Numbered from the stretch's first letter, positions 17,693-29,224 are shown. The stretch: DNA of 64,000 bases from a virus (IMGVR_UViG_2675903061_000001:1-64000); one strand, 5' to 3'. Notes: generated from the sequence alone by a model not told the origin. A program made the numbers and translations.

Positions 17693-18854
17693 TGCAGTGG
17701 CCGTGGGTGCGCCGGTCTCGGCTGGCGGAGGCATGGGAGGAGGCGTCGCGCGGGTGGGCTGCGGCCCGGGACGCGCGCGCGGAGGCTGCGGCAGCAGGGG
17801 ACGCGCCCACGGTGGTGCACCGGCAGCAGGAGTCCGCCGCCAGCGTGGCGGTGGACGAGGCACGGCGGCCGGACGCCGCCGAGCGGCGGGTGCGCGAGCT
17901 GGAGTCCGAGCTGGCGGTGCGGGACCGGCGGATCGAGACGCTGGAGAAGCAGTTGGCGGACGCCGTCGGCCGGGACGATGCGGCGCTGGATGCGGCCGGA
18001 GCTGCGTGGCTGGGTCACGCGGCCACTGAGTATGGGTGGCAGGCCAAGAGCGACGAGGCCGCGAAGCGGGGTGCGTCGTGAGCCCTGACGACTACGAGCG
18101 GCTGTACGACGAGGCCCGCGAGGAGCCCGCGTTCTGCAACGGCACCGAGGCTGAGGACTGGATCAGCGCGAACTGCGCCGTCTGCGTCCACGACCGCCCG
18201 GCCCGGCTCGGGGACGACACCCGGGGCTGCCCGCTGATCCTGATCTCGCTGATGGACCGGCGGCCGGTGCAGTGGCTCGACGGGCCGCGGGACGCGGAGG
18301 GCCGCTACTCCATGGCCCGGCAGTACACCTGCATCGAGTTCCGGCACGAGGACGACGAGGACCCGGAGCCGCGCCCGACCCCGGACCCGCCGGGGCAGGG
18401 CGTGCTGATGCCGCGGGAGCCGTACACGGGCGTGCGGATGCTGACGGCGCTGCCGGAGGGGGTGAGTGCCCCGTGAGGCCGGAGGCGTGGAGCCCGGAGG
18501 TCGTGGTCCTGCTGGTGGTGGTGGGCACGGTGTGTCTGGTCGCGTGGACGGTGCGGCTGCGCGCCACGGGCCGTCACCGGGCGGTCCCGGAGCCGGACCG
18601 GCCCGGCGCGACTCTCGACGCGGCCGTGCGGGATGCCCTGGACGGGGCCGTCCCCAGCAGGCCCCTTCTCACCGCGCGTGAACGGGAGGCCATCGCCGAG
18701 GCGGTCGCTGAGGCGTTCCGCAAGGGGGGTGAGGGCCGTGGCTGAGCCGACGCCCGCACCGCCCCCGCCGCCGTCCGGCTGCCCGCACGTCCGGTGCCCG
18801 GGCGCGTGCGACTGGTGCCGCGTGGAGGACGCCCTCCGGAGGGCAGAGCGGTGA
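17689..18854 (+). CDS. Four coupled small hypothetical genes (17689-18081, 18078-18476, 18473-18745, 18738-18854)
   Basis: Overlapping stop/start codons; 18078-18476 has FCNGTE..W...NC..C motif. Confidence 0.6.
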
Positions 18855-19462
18855 GCGCGGACCGCGCCCGGCGCCGCGTCATCACCTGTGCCTGCTGCGG
18901 GCAGACCGCGGCCCACCGCGGGCGCGGGTACTGCGTGGCCTGCTACACCCGCTGGGTCTACCACGGCCGTCCGGCCAGCGGGCCGCCCGCGCCCGGGGCG
19001 ACGCCACCCAAGCCCCGCGCGGCTGCGGACCTGTTCATCCCCGCACGCTGCCGCCACGGCCACGTGCTCGGCTCGGCGAACCTCCGCTTCACCCCGGCCG
19101 GGGTGCGGTACTGCCGGGCCTGCCGGGGCGACGCCGAGCGGGCGTACCGGGAGCGGCAGTTCACGGACCGCCACGAGGGCCACGACGTGATCCCGACCCG
19201 GGACGGTCGACGCTACTGCCGGACCTGCAACCGGGGCGACCACGACGTGGACGAGATCGCTGTCGAGCGCGCCGCTGGCGGCGACGCCCGTGGCATCCGG
19301 CTGACGCCTGCGGAGCGGGAAGCTGCCGTGCTCCGGCTGCGCGCCTATGGCCACCCGTACTGGCTCATTGCCGAGCGGGTCGGCTGCGCCCTGCATACGG
19401 CGTGGGCGATCTGCCACCGTAACGGGCTGACCGTGTCTCGGCGCCGGAGGGCCGCCCGGTGA
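18851..19462 (+). CDS. Multi-Zn-finger protein with C-terminal HTH
   Basis: CxxC, CRHGH...CRAC, CRTC; LTPAERE...IAERVG. Confidence 0.7.
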   Translation: MSADRARRRVITCACCGQTAAHRGRGYCVACYTRWVYHGRPASGPPAPGATPPKPRAAADLFIPARCRHGHVLGSANLRFTPAGVRYCRACRGDAERAYRERQFTDRHEGHDVIPTRDGRRYCRTCNRGDHDVDEIAVERAAGGDARGIRLTPAEREAAVLRLRAYGHPYWLIAERVGCALHTAWAICHRNGLTVSRRRRAAR

Positions 19463-19869
19463 GCGCCCCGGCCGTCGTCGAGTACCTGTACGCGATCGAG
19501 GCGGAGGGGTGGGACGGCGACGACAGCCGCTTTCACCGCCCCGCCCGGGTGCTGGAGATGCCCGTCGTCCGGCGGACCGCGCGCCGTATCTACTACCGCC
19601 GCCCCGGCCCCGGGGAGCAGATCGGCTACGTCGACCGGCAGGCGATCGAGGAGGCCGGGGAGGTGTGGCGCCGGTCGGCGGGCTGGTGGGAGCCGGACAT
19701 CCGGGTGTACCGGGACCGGCCGACCCTGCCGGACCACGGCCGGCGCCCGGATCTGGCCGCGCTGCGCGCGGAGATGGCCGCGGCGCACCCGGACCGGGGC
19801 GGCACCGAGGCGGCGTTCATCGCCGCCCGGGAGCGGTACGAGCGGGCACGCCGGAGGGCCGCCCGGTGA
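19459..19869 (+). CDS. Hypothetical protein with C-terminal mini J-domain
   Basis: LRAEMAAAHPDRGGTEAAFIAARERYE. Confidence 0.7.
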   Translation: MSAPAVVEYLYAIEAEGWDGDDSRFHRPARVLEMPVVRRTARRIYYRRPGPGEQIGYVDRQAIEEAGEVWRRSAGWWEPDIRVYRDRPTLPDHGRRPDLAALRAEMAAAHPDRGGTEAAFIAARERYERARRRAAR

Positions 19870-19990
19870 GCGCCGTCCTTCTCTTCCTGCTGCTGCCGCA
19901 TCTGACCGGGTGCCGGGCCGTGACCGCCCCCGGCCCGGCACCCCACCAACCACCCACCCACCCACCCACCCACCTGCTGAGGAGCACATC

Positions 19991-20738
19991 GTGACCACCT
20001 TCGCCGACGAGATGCCCGAGCCCTGGGTGCGGGCCCTCGCCGACCACATCGAGGCCGGCGGCTGGGGCCTCGCCGACGCCCACGAGTCCGCCATCGCCGT
20101 CCACCTCGGCGACACCGCCCGGGGCGCCCTCGGCGCGGCCGACACCGACCGCTACCTGGTCATCGGCTGGTCCGCGGCCGGAGCGGACTGGGGCCTGGCC
20201 GCGTCCCGCGGGCACGTCCCGCACCCGCAGCTGCTGCCCGGCGACACGCCGGTGCAGCTTGCCGCGGCGGTGGGGCGGCTGATGCGGACCGGCCGCGCCG
20301 AGCCGCGCGAGATCCGGCACGCCGTCCCCTACGGCGCCCCGGGCGAGGCGTGCACCTGCGAGCGCATCACGGCGTGCCGGGGCCTGATCCCGGACGCGGA
20401 CTGCCCGGAGCACGGCGACCGGCGCAACCCCGCCATGACCTGGCACTGGGAAGCGCTCTGTCCGCCCGGCGCCTGACCGTTCACCCCCTGATGAGAGGTA
20501 TGCGATGACACCCGATGAGGCCCGCGCGCAGGTGCGCTACTCCTGCCCGTCCGCCTGCGACTTCGAGGCGGTGCGGGGTGAGGACGGCGCGGTCCTCGGC
20601 TACACCTACGCCCGGACGGGCAGGCCCGACACTGATTTCGGCTGGGTGACGGCCGGCGGCCAGGTGGCGGCGGCCGGGGACTGGTACCGGTCGCAGGCGG
20701 AAGAGGTGCTGCGTCTCGCCGCCGGTGGTGCGGCGTGA
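19991..20738 (+). CDS. Two hypothetical genes (19991-20476, 20505-20738)
   Basis: RBS + start; coding-like. Confidence 0.6.
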
Positions 20739-21562
20739 GCGCCCCGGCCCGAGACGACGCCCAGGCGCACGGGACGCTGGACCTGCCGCTGGTGCCGCCG
20801 CCGGGCGGCACCGTGCTGCACTCCTCCGAGCGGGCGACCGTCATCTGGGGTGACTGCCGCGACCCCGCCGTCATCGCCGCCGTCCCGGACTGGTACGGAC
20901 TGCTGTGCACCGACCCCCCATACGGCAAAGCCTGGCACAACGGGTACCACCGGCGCGTCCCGTTCGAGCCGCTGGCCGGGGATGACGGCTCGGTGGACTG
21001 GCCCGCCGTGCTCGCCGAGTGGGTCGGCCCGACCGGCACCTACAACCAGGGCCTCGCCTCCTCCCGGCATGTCTACGTCTTCGGCTACCGCCCCGAGGCG
21101 CTGGCCGAGCCCCTGCGCCTCGGTCGCGCCGCCGCAGAGCTGATCTGGGACAAATGCAAGACCGGGCTCGGCAGCCTGGAACAACCGTGGGGGCCGGCAC
21201 ACGAGGTGCTCACCTTCGGGGTGCACACCAAGTCGCGGGCGGGCCGCGCCAAGGGGGAGGGCACCGTGGCCGCCCGGATGCGCAAAGGGTCGGTGCTGCG
21301 CGTCCCCCGGAAGAACTCCACGCAGGTCAACCGCCACCCCACGGAAAAACCGGTCGCCCTGATGCAGGAGTTGATCGAGTCCTCCACGGTGCGGGGCGAC
21401 CTGGTGGTGGACCCCTGCGCCGGGTCCGGCTCCACCGGCGTCGCCGCCGTGCTCGCCGGCCGCCGCGCGCACCTGGTGGAGATCGACCGCCGCTACGCCG
21501 AACTCGCCGCCGACAGGGTGCGCGCCGCCGAGGCCGTGGCCGCCCAGATGGACCGCCTCTAA
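20735..21562 (+). CDS. DNA N4-C/N6-A methyltransferase (beta class)
   Basis: TDPPYG, HPTEKP, DPCAGSGST. Confidence 0.92.
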   Translation: MSAPARDDAQAHGTLDLPLVPPPGGTVLHSSERATVIWGDCRDPAVIAAVPDWYGLLCTDPPYGKAWHNGYHRRVPFEPLAGDDGSVDWPAVLAEWVGPTGTYNQGLASSRHVYVFGYRPEALAEPLRLGRAAAELIWDKCKTGLGSLEQPWGPAHEVLTFGVHTKSRAGRAKGEGTVAARMRKGSVLRVPRKNSTQVNRHPTEKPVALMQELIESSTVRGDLVVDPCAGSGSTGVAAVLAGRRAHLVEIDRRYAELAADRVRAAEAVAAQMDRL

Positions 21563-21646
21563 CCCCACCGACTCCCGGCCGGGCCCGTCGCCCCCGGCCC
21601 GGCCGGGACCACCCCGCACCGACCACCACCGACCGAGGAGCACCCG

Positions 21647-24383
21647 ATGACCGACACCCCGCCGCCCGCCTACACCCGCGCCGACCTCATCGCCGAAGCC
21701 GCACGCCAGCACAAGGCGTCCACCGAGGACCCGGACTGGACCGACATCGGCGAGGCCATGGAAGGCCAGCCCATCACCCCGGCCGACTACCCGCCTGGCG
21801 TCATCCCGGCCACCTGGGACGACCTCGACCCGGACGCCCGCGAAGACGCCCAGGCCGCCATCAACAAGCTGATCTGCGGCGCGGCCGACACCTCCGAGTG
21901 GGCCGTCAACCTCGGCGCCGCTGGATTGGAGCCCTACCGGTCCATCGGTTACCGCGTGACGACCGGCGGGTGGGCTGCCGCTGTCCATCTCGCCGTTGAC
22001 CCGGGCTACCCGGAGGAGAAGCGCGCCGAGCTGCTGGCGGAGCTGACTACCGCGTTCTCGGACGTCGTGCACCGCGTGCTGGGCCTGGCCCCGGTCGCCG
22101 TCACCGAGGTGTCGCGGTGACCGCGGCGAGGAGCACCCCGATGACAACTCCGCACCTGTGGGAGATCGACCACCCCTACTACTGCACCGAGGGCAACTAC
22201 TACGCCCGTCCCTCCGAGGGACTGCACACCGAGTACGAGACCTGGCAGGACTTCCACGCCGACTGGGGCTCCCTCGACCCCGACCTGAACTTCGTGTGGC
22301 GCTGGGACTGGAAGCGCGCCGATCCGTCCCACTACGAGGACGGCGAGGAGATGCCGCCCGACCGGCTGCTCGTGTTCTGGGTCTTGCAGCGCAAGGCCAT
22401 CCTCCGCTCCACCGAGTGCACGGTCACCGAGGCCGACGAGCCGGCCGTCCGGGAGTGGCTGGCGGAGAAGGCGGAGTGGGTCCGCGCGGTCTGGGAGCCG
22501 TTCCTGCCCGTCCCGGAAGGGGCCGCGTCGTGACCGCGGCGTGGCGTGGGCGCCGCGCCGCGCGGCGCCGCCTGGCCCGGATGGACCGGCGGATCGCGAC
22601 GGAGCGGGACCCGGGCGCGCGCGGGGCGTGGCGCATGCTGCGCCGCCGCGCCGCCGAGGACCTGGAGGACCTGGACGCCGACCGCTACCGGCCGCGCCCC
22701 CGCCACTGGGCCGCGGTGGCCGCCGCTCTGGCCACCGTGCTGGCGCTGGCCGCCGGACCGGCCGCCTGCCAGCCGGACCAGACCGCCCGCCCCACACCCA
22801 CACCCACACCCGCACCCCCGCCGTCCGAGGACGCCCTCGGCGGCACCCGAGGAGACACCCCATGACCACCGCAGCCCGCTACCGCAAGAAGCCCGTCGAG
22901 ATCGAGGCGATCCACTTCGACGGCAGCAACGCCAGCGTCCTCGCCGTCATGCACTTCGTGAATGCCGGACACGGCACCCGCGAAATCAAGATCCACGCCG
23001 CCGAGGACCCGGCGAAGACCCACATCACCATCCCCACGCTGGAAGGCGACATGCGCGCCACCGCTGGCGACTGGATCGTCAGGGGCGTCAAGGGCGAGCT
23101 CTACCCCGTCAAGCCGGACATCTTCGAGGCCACCTACGAGGCCGCCACTGGTCCCGACCCTGCCGGGCACGGCCCGCTGTGGCGCCTGCTGGACTGGTCG
23201 TTCTGGGGCGCCGGGATGGGCGACACCTTCCGGGAGCCCCTGGCCGACGCCATGCTCGCGGCCATCCCCGCCGAGACGATCGCCCAGGCCGAGGCCGTGA
23301 TGGCGGAGTTCATCGAGCGGCGGCAGATCAAGAAGACCGGCGTGACGCGCTACCAAGAGCAGCGCGACGAACTGGAGCGCCTGCGCGCCGCCTTGGCCGC
23401 GCGGCCCGACCCCGCCACCGCGCTCCGGCAGGCCATCGAGGTGGCGCGCGCCACCGGCGACCGCCTCCGCGCACGCGGCTACGAAGACCGGGCATGGGGC
23501 GCCTACGGCGTCATGGAAGAACTCGGGCGCCGCCTGGCCGACGGGGCGGAGCCCGCCGCCGCCCCGGACGGCGACACCCAGCCCTGCGGCCACGACGACT
23601 ACCACGACCCCCACCCCTGGCCCGACAAGCCGCACACCTGGTGCCCCGGCCACACCAGCGGCGACGGCGGTGCGTGATGGAAGACATCGCCCTGCTCGCC
23701 GACCTCCTCGGCCTGCTGCCCACCAGCGCCGAGGACTGGGCCGTCGTCGCCGCCATCGCCGTGGTGCTCATCGTCCCGTGGGCCGTGGGCGCCGCCCTCA
23801 TCCTCGGCGCCGCCACCCACGGCCTCCTGCGGCTCCTCCACATCCGTCCGGCCGAGCCGCAGGCCGAGCCGGAGCACGCCCGGCCCGGTGCCGTGCCTCG
23901 CGAGCAACTCCTCGCTGCTATCGCCCGGGAACGCACCGCCCGCCGCCGCGCCGAGCAGCGGGCCGCAGCGCTCCTCGCAGCCCACGCCGACACCCAGCCG
24001 CTGCCCCGCGCGGAGGCCGCCTCATGAGCGACATCGCCATCACCTGTGCCTGGGTCGCCGCCGCCGGCGCCGGCTGGCTGGTCCTGTCCACCGCCTTCGG
24101 CCTGCTCCTCGGCCGCGCCATCCGCCGCAACACCGACTACTGACCCGCGCCCTGTCCCGGCGCCCATCCGGGACAGGCCACCCACCCGAAGGAGAACGCC
24201 ATGACCAACCAGCCCGAACCGCAACCGATACCGGCCCGGCCGGCCGTGTGCCCCACCTGCGGCCACCCCGCCCCCAACCCCCTCACCGGTATCCGGCCCG
24301 GCGGCGCAACCCCCACCAGCCTCCCCGGACCCACCACCCCCGTCGTGATCCCGCTCCACCACGCCCCCTTCGCACACCACTGA
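21647..24383 (+). CDS. Run of small early genes (21647-22120, 22141-22533, 22530-22865, 22862-23677, 23677-24027, 24024-24143, 24201-24383)
   Basis: Coupled ORFs; 22862-23677 starts with a YRKKPVEIEA...TLEGDM...GDWIVRG..GELYP phage domain. Confidence 0.6.
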
Positions 24384-24392
24384 GGAGACACC

Positions 24393-25385
24393 GTGAGCTC
24401 CACCACCGGCATCGAGTGGACCGATGCCACCTGGAACACCGTGACGGGCTGCACCAAGGTGTCGCCCGGCTGCGACTCCTGTTACGCCGAGACGTTCGCC
24501 GAGCGGTTCCGGGGCGTACCCGGCCACCACTTCGAGAACGGCTTCGACGTCACCCTCCGCCCCGAGCGGATCCTGCTGCCGCTGAAGTGGCGCAAGCCCC
24601 GCCGCATCTTCGTGAACTCCATGTCCGACCTGTTCCACGACCAGGTCCCGGACGAGCACATCGCCGAAGTGTTCGCCGTCATGGCCCGCACACCGCAGCA
24701 CACCTACCAGATCCTCACCAAGCGGCACGGCCGGATGCGGTCCCTGCTGTCGAACCCCACCTTCGGGCACCTCGTTGCTGAGCAAGGCCGCGCCGGCCTG
24801 ATCCGTTGCTCCGAAGACTGGATGGCGGTCGGCGCGATGCTCCTGGGCAAGCCGCTGCCGAACGTGTGGCTCGGGGTGAGCGTAGAGGACCAGAAGCGGG
24901 CTGAACTCCGTATCCCCGTGCTGCTGGAAACCCCGGCCGCCGTCCGGTTCCTGTCCTGCGAACCGCTGCTCGGGCCGGTGGACCTGACCCGCATCGCCGC
25001 TGGCTCGAAGCAGCAGCCGGACATGGTGTACGACGCGCTGGGTCAGCGGTACGGCGTGCCCGGCCGGTGGCAGGCCGCGACGTCCGCCCGGGTGGACTGG
25101 GTCATCGTCGGCGGTGAGAGCGGCAGGGCAGCGCGCCCCATGAGCCCGGACTGGGCCCGCTCCCTGCGCGACCAGTGCGCCGACGCCGGAGTGCCCTTCC
25201 TGTTCAAGCAGTGGGGGGAGTACGCGCCGACCGGCTACATGGCGATCGGTCGCACGGAGCCGGGCCGCGTCCACGTCGGCGACCCGCTCGACGAGCTCGG
25301 CCACCGCTGGGAGATGCGGCGCCTCGGCAAGCACCGCGCCGGCCGTGAACTCGACGGCCGCACCTGGGACCAGTACCCCGCCTGA
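24393..25385 (+). CDS. DUF5131 (phage Gp37/Gp68) family protein
   Basis: IEWTDATWN..TGCTKVSPGCDSCYA, FVNSMSDLFH, WVIVGGESG, FKQWG. Confidence 0.92.
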   Translation: MSSTTGIEWTDATWNTVTGCTKVSPGCDSCYAETFAERFRGVPGHHFENGFDVTLRPERILLPLKWRKPRRIFVNSMSDLFHDQVPDEHIAEVFAVMARTPQHTYQILTKRHGRMRSLLSNPTFGHLVAEQGRAGLIRCSEDWMAVGAMLLGKPLPNVWLGVSVEDQKRAELRIPVLLETPAAVRFLSCEPLLGPVDLTRIAAGSKQQPDMVYDALGQRYGVPGRWQAATSARVDWVIVGGESGRAARPMSPDWARSLRDQCADAGVPFLFKQWGEYAPTGYMAIGRTEPGRVHVGDPLDELGHRWEMRRLGKHRAGRELDGRTWDQYPA

Positions 25386-25456
25386 CCCGCCGTTGGCCGC
25401 CCCCGCCCGAATCGGGGGCGGCCACCACCACCGTACCCACCACCCCGGAGGACACC

Positions 25457-26107
25457 GTGAACACCACCACCGCCGCGCCGCTGATCTCACTGGACACGGA
25501 AACAACCGGCCTGGTCCCGGGCCACCACATGCCCTGGGAAATCGCGATCATCCGCCGCGAACCCGACGGCACCGACACCGAGCACCTCTTCCAGATCCGG
25601 CCCTCCGATGCCCACCTCCGCCACGTCGCCGACCCCGAATCCCTCAAGATCAACCGGTTCGCCGAGCGGTTCGCCATCCCCGACGGCCACGATGCCGCCG
25701 ACATGCTCACCGGCAACAGCCCGGCCCCTCTCAGCTTCTTCGAAGCCTGCGCCCGCATCCACGCCCTCCTGTCCGGCGCCGTGGTCATCGGCTCCAACCC
25801 CAGCTTCGACACCGCCCACCTCAGCCACCTCCTGGGCGTCGGACCCGGCCGCCCCGAACCGTGGCACTACCGCGTCGTGGACGTCGCCGACCGCGCCGCC
25901 GGCTACCTGACCGGCCTCGGCCCGCAGCGGTCCGGCCTGACACCGCCGAAGCACGCCACGCTGATCACCCCGCCGTTCTCCTCCAAGGCCCTGTCCCGCG
26001 CCGTAGGCGTCGAACCCCCCGGCGACGGCGACGCCCACACCGCCCTCGCCGACGCGAAGTGGGCGATGGCTGTCTACGACGCGGTCACCGCTGGGGGTGC
26101 ACGGTGA
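25457..26107 (+). CDS. DEDDh 3'-5' exonuclease
   Basis: SLDTETTGL, NPSFD, HTALADA. Confidence 0.85.
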   Translation: MNTTTAAPLISLDTETTGLVPGHHMPWEIAIIRREPDGTDTEHLFQIRPSDAHLRHVADPESLKINRFAERFAIPDGHDAADMLTGNSPAPLSFFEACARIHALLSGAVVIGSNPSFDTAHLSHLLGVGPGRPEPWHYRVVDVADRAAGYLTGLGPQRSGLTPPKHATLITPPFSSKALSRAVGVEPPGDGDAHTALADAKWAMAVYDAVTAGGAR

Positions 26108-27017
26108 CCCAGCTCCAGATGCCGTTCACCCCCGACGGCGCCCTCGACCCCACCCTCGGCGAGCACGCCAAACAGGCCGGCATGGCCCAAGCCGAAGCCG
26201 CCACCGACCCCGACTGGGCCGCCACCTGCGACGAAGCCATAGAGGAAATGGCCCGCCGCGGCCAGCCGTTCCAGGCCAGCGACCTCGTCCGCGCCGGACT
26301 CGTCGGCGAACCCGATGACCACCACAGGTGGGGAGCCCGCTTCGGCCTCGCCGCCCGCCGCGGCGTCATCGAGCACCACCACGCCGACAAGTCGGGCCGC
26401 GCGACCTCCCGCCGCAGCCTCCTCAACACGTGGATCGGCACCGACACCTACCGCCAGCAGGCCGCCCGGGCCGAGGCCGGTGAGGGGAGGGCCGCCTGAT
26501 GACCACAGACCGCTGCCGCAACGGCCACCCCCGCACACCCGAAACCGTCCGCATCACCAAACAAGGCTGGCGGATCTGCCGCACCTGCGCCACCGAGCAG
26601 CGCGCCCGCCAGCACGCCTGGCGCCTCAACAAGAACCGCGCCCGCCGCAACCGCGAGTTCGACCGCCGCCACACCGGCCACCAAACGCGCCTCGACACCC
26701 TCGGACGCCGCCGCTGCCTGGACTGCTCCACCAACCGCAGCGATCCCCGCATCCACGCCGCCGCCACCGCCCTGCGCGGGCTGCTCACCGCTGCCGAGAT
26801 CGCCGACGTCCTCGCTATCTCGGAGCGGACCGTCAATCGCATCCACGCCCGCGCAAAGACCACCGCCACCGCGCCGGTACCGGCACCGCCCGAGCCCGAC
26901 GAGGACGACGTCGACCTGGTCGCCGTGCGCCGCTGGATCGCCGGCGACACCACCATCCCCCTCACCCGGCCCGAACGCATCACCGCCGCCCACCTCATCT
27001 GGAAGGACGCCGCCTGA
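26104..27017 (+). CDS. Two hypothetical genes (26104-26499; 26499-27017 with CRNGH Zn-finger + HTH)
   Basis: Coupled; AAEIADVLAISERTVNR HTH. Confidence 0.6.
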
Positions 27018-28513
27018 TGTACCGCCACGACAACCACATCTGCACCCTGACGGACCTGTTCTGCGGCGCCGGCGGCTCCTCCACCGGCGCAATCCAGATC
27101 CCCGGCGTCCAGGTCATCATGGCCGCCAACCACTCCCGGCACGCCATCGACACCCACCAGGCCAACCACCCCAACACCCGACACGACTGCGCCGACATCT
27201 CCCAAGTCGTCCCCCAGCGCTACCCCCGCACCGACATCCTGTGGGCGTCCCCCGAGTGCACCAACCACTCCGTCGCCAAAGGCAAGAGCCGGGACCACGG
27301 CGAATGGAACGACGGCCTGTTCGCCCCCGACGGCACCAACGAAGCAGAGATCCGCTCCCGCGCCACCATGTGGGACGTCCCCCGCTTCTGCGAAGCCCAC
27401 AACTACAGCCTGGTCATCGTCGAAAACGTCGTCGACTCCCGCTGGTGGGGACCCAAGACCCGGCCCGGCGCCATCTACGACTCGTGGCTGTACACCATGA
27501 AGCACGGCCTCGGCTACGCACACCGCGCCGTGTACCTCAACAGCATGTTCGCCGCCGCGGCCGGCGACCCCGCGGCCCAGTCCCGCGACCGCAAGTACGA
27601 CGTGTTCTGGCTCCCAGACCAGGTCAAGCACGCCCCCGACTTCGACAAGTGGCTGCGCCCCACCGCCGTCTGCCCCATGCACGGCCCAATCCGCGCGATC
27701 CAGGCATGGAAAACCACAAGGGTGTGCACGCCGGCCAACCCCTGGGGCCGGTACGGCAAGACAGGCCAGTACCTGTGGCGCTGCCCTCAGGTCGCCTGCC
27801 GCAACTCGGTCGTCACCCCGGCCGTCCGCCACGCCGCCGAGATCATCGACTGGGGGCTGCCCGCCAGGACCATCGGGGAACGCAAGGGCACCAGCGACGA
27901 GCTCGCGCCCAACACCCTGCGCCGCATCACCGCCGGGTACAAGAAGTTCTCCCGCCCGTTCCTCGTGCCCAACGAGGGCCGCGAGAAGCCCCCGATGGAC
28001 ATCCTGGAGCCGCTGCGCACCGTCACCACCCGCAACGAGACCGGGGTGGCGCTGCCGCCCTACGTGGTCGAGCTGCGCGGCGGCGGCTCCTCCCACCGGG
28101 CCGTCACCGAACCACTGTCCACCGTCACTGCCGGGGGCAACCACCACTTTCTGGTGACCGCCCCCGACATGGTCCTGCCGTACTACAGCAGCAGCATCGC
28201 CCGGCCGGCCACCGAGCCGCTCGGCACGGTGACCACGACGGAAGGGCACGCCGCGATCTACGGCGGCCCGGTGCGGTCGGTGGACGACTGCCGCTACCGG
28301 ATGCTGGAGCCGCACGAGTACCAGGCCGCGATGCACTTCCCGGCGGACTACATCCTCACCCCCCGCGACAAGCGGACCAAGGTCAAGATGCTGGGCAACG
28401 CCGTTACCCCGAACGCGGCCCGGGACCTGGTCGCCATGGCCGTCGAGGCGCTGACCGGGCAGGAGCTGGAGCCCGCCGCACCGCCCACGGCCGCGGTGGG
28501 GGTGGCGGCGTGA
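27017..28513 (+). CDS. DNA cytosine-5 methyltransferase
   Basis: DLFCGAGG, WASPEC, ENV, QSRDR, LGNAV. Confidence 0.93.
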   Translation: MYRHDNHICTLTDLFCGAGGSSTGAIQIPGVQVIMAANHSRHAIDTHQANHPNTRHDCADISQVVPQRYPRTDILWASPECTNHSVAKGKSRDHGEWNDGLFAPDGTNEAEIRSRATMWDVPRFCEAHNYSLVIVENVVDSRWWGPKTRPGAIYDSWLYTMKHGLGYAHRAVYLNSMFAAAAGDPAAQSRDRKYDVFWLPDQVKHAPDFDKWLRPTAVCPMHGPIRAIQAWKTTRVCTPANPWGRYGKTGQYLWRCPQVACRNSVVTPAVRHAAEIIDWGLPARTIGERKGTSDELAPNTLRRITAGYKKFSRPFLVPNEGREKPPMDILEPLRTVTTRNETGVALPPYVVELRGGGSSHRAVTEPLSTVTAGGNHHFLVTAPDMVLPYYSSSIARPATEPLGTVTTTEGHAAIYGGPVRSVDDCRYRMLEPHEYQAAMHFPADYILTPRDKRTKVKMLGNAVTPNAARDLVAMAVEALTGQELEPAAPPTAAVGVAA

Positions 28514-28764
28514 CGACGGCAACCACCACCGCACACAACCGCACACGCCGGCCGGTCACCGCCACCGCCTGGCTGACCGTCCACCTCGGCACCACCACCC
28601 GCACCGGCACCTGGCACCCGCGGCCCCGCTGGATCACCCCGCCGGCCGCCGACTACCGGTGCCGCTGCGGATGGCACGACACCGCCGCCGGAGACGCCGT
28701 GGCGGCGTTCGCCGCAGAGGTCCGCGGCCGGCACGCCAGCCAGTGCAAGGCGGTGCGGCGATGA
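28510..28764 (+). CDS. Small Zn-binding hypothetical protein
   Basis: ADYRCRCGW...HASQC. Confidence 0.55.
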   Translation: MTTATTTAHNRTRRPVTATAWLTVHLGTTTRTGTWHPRPRWITPPAADYRCRCGWHDTAAGDAVAAFAAEVRGRHASQCKAVRR

Positions 28765-28766
28765 CG

Positions 28767-29069
28767 TCAGGACTCGGCGCCAGCGCCTTCCTCGTGGATC
28801 AGCTCGAGCAGCCGGTCGTAGAGCGACTTCGCGACCGCTCCGCGCTGCTCGTCGGTCAGGTCCCCAAGCGCCCGGGCGATCGCCTCGGCCGCCTGCCGGT
28901 CCCGCTTCGCCTGCTCGTAGAAGGCATAGCTGACGAGGACGGCGGCTTCCTTGCCGCGGTTCATGAGGATCGTGGGTTCGCCGGCGAACCGGGCGCGCGC
29001 GATGACCTCTCCGAGGACGTTGCGGGCCTCGGCGATCTTCGCGCGGTGCTCGGTGCGGGGCGTGGTCAT
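28767..29069 (-). CDS. Phd/YefM-type antitoxin-like DNA-binding protein
   Basis: IAEARNVLGEVIARARFAGEPTILMNRGKEAAVLVS. Confidence 0.8.
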   Translation of the reverse strand: MTTPRTEHRAKIAEARNVLGEVIARARFAGEPTILMNRGKEAAVLVSYAFYEQAKRDRQAAEAIARALGDLTDEQRGAVAKSLYDRLLELIHEEGAGAES

Positions 29070-29224
29070 GGCTACAGCGTAGCGGATTCGCTACAGACCA
29101 CAACATCGCCAATTCGCTTTCTTAGCTATGATGGGCATGTGAGGGTTCGCGAGGCGCCGCCTCCCTGACCTGCAATTCGACTCGCCCGCAAACCCTCAGC
29201 CCCACCCCCGAGAGAAGGACGCAC

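Noticed and set aside
22791-22820. CCCACA tandem repeat
   Set aside because: Encodes an ordinary Pro-Thr linker.
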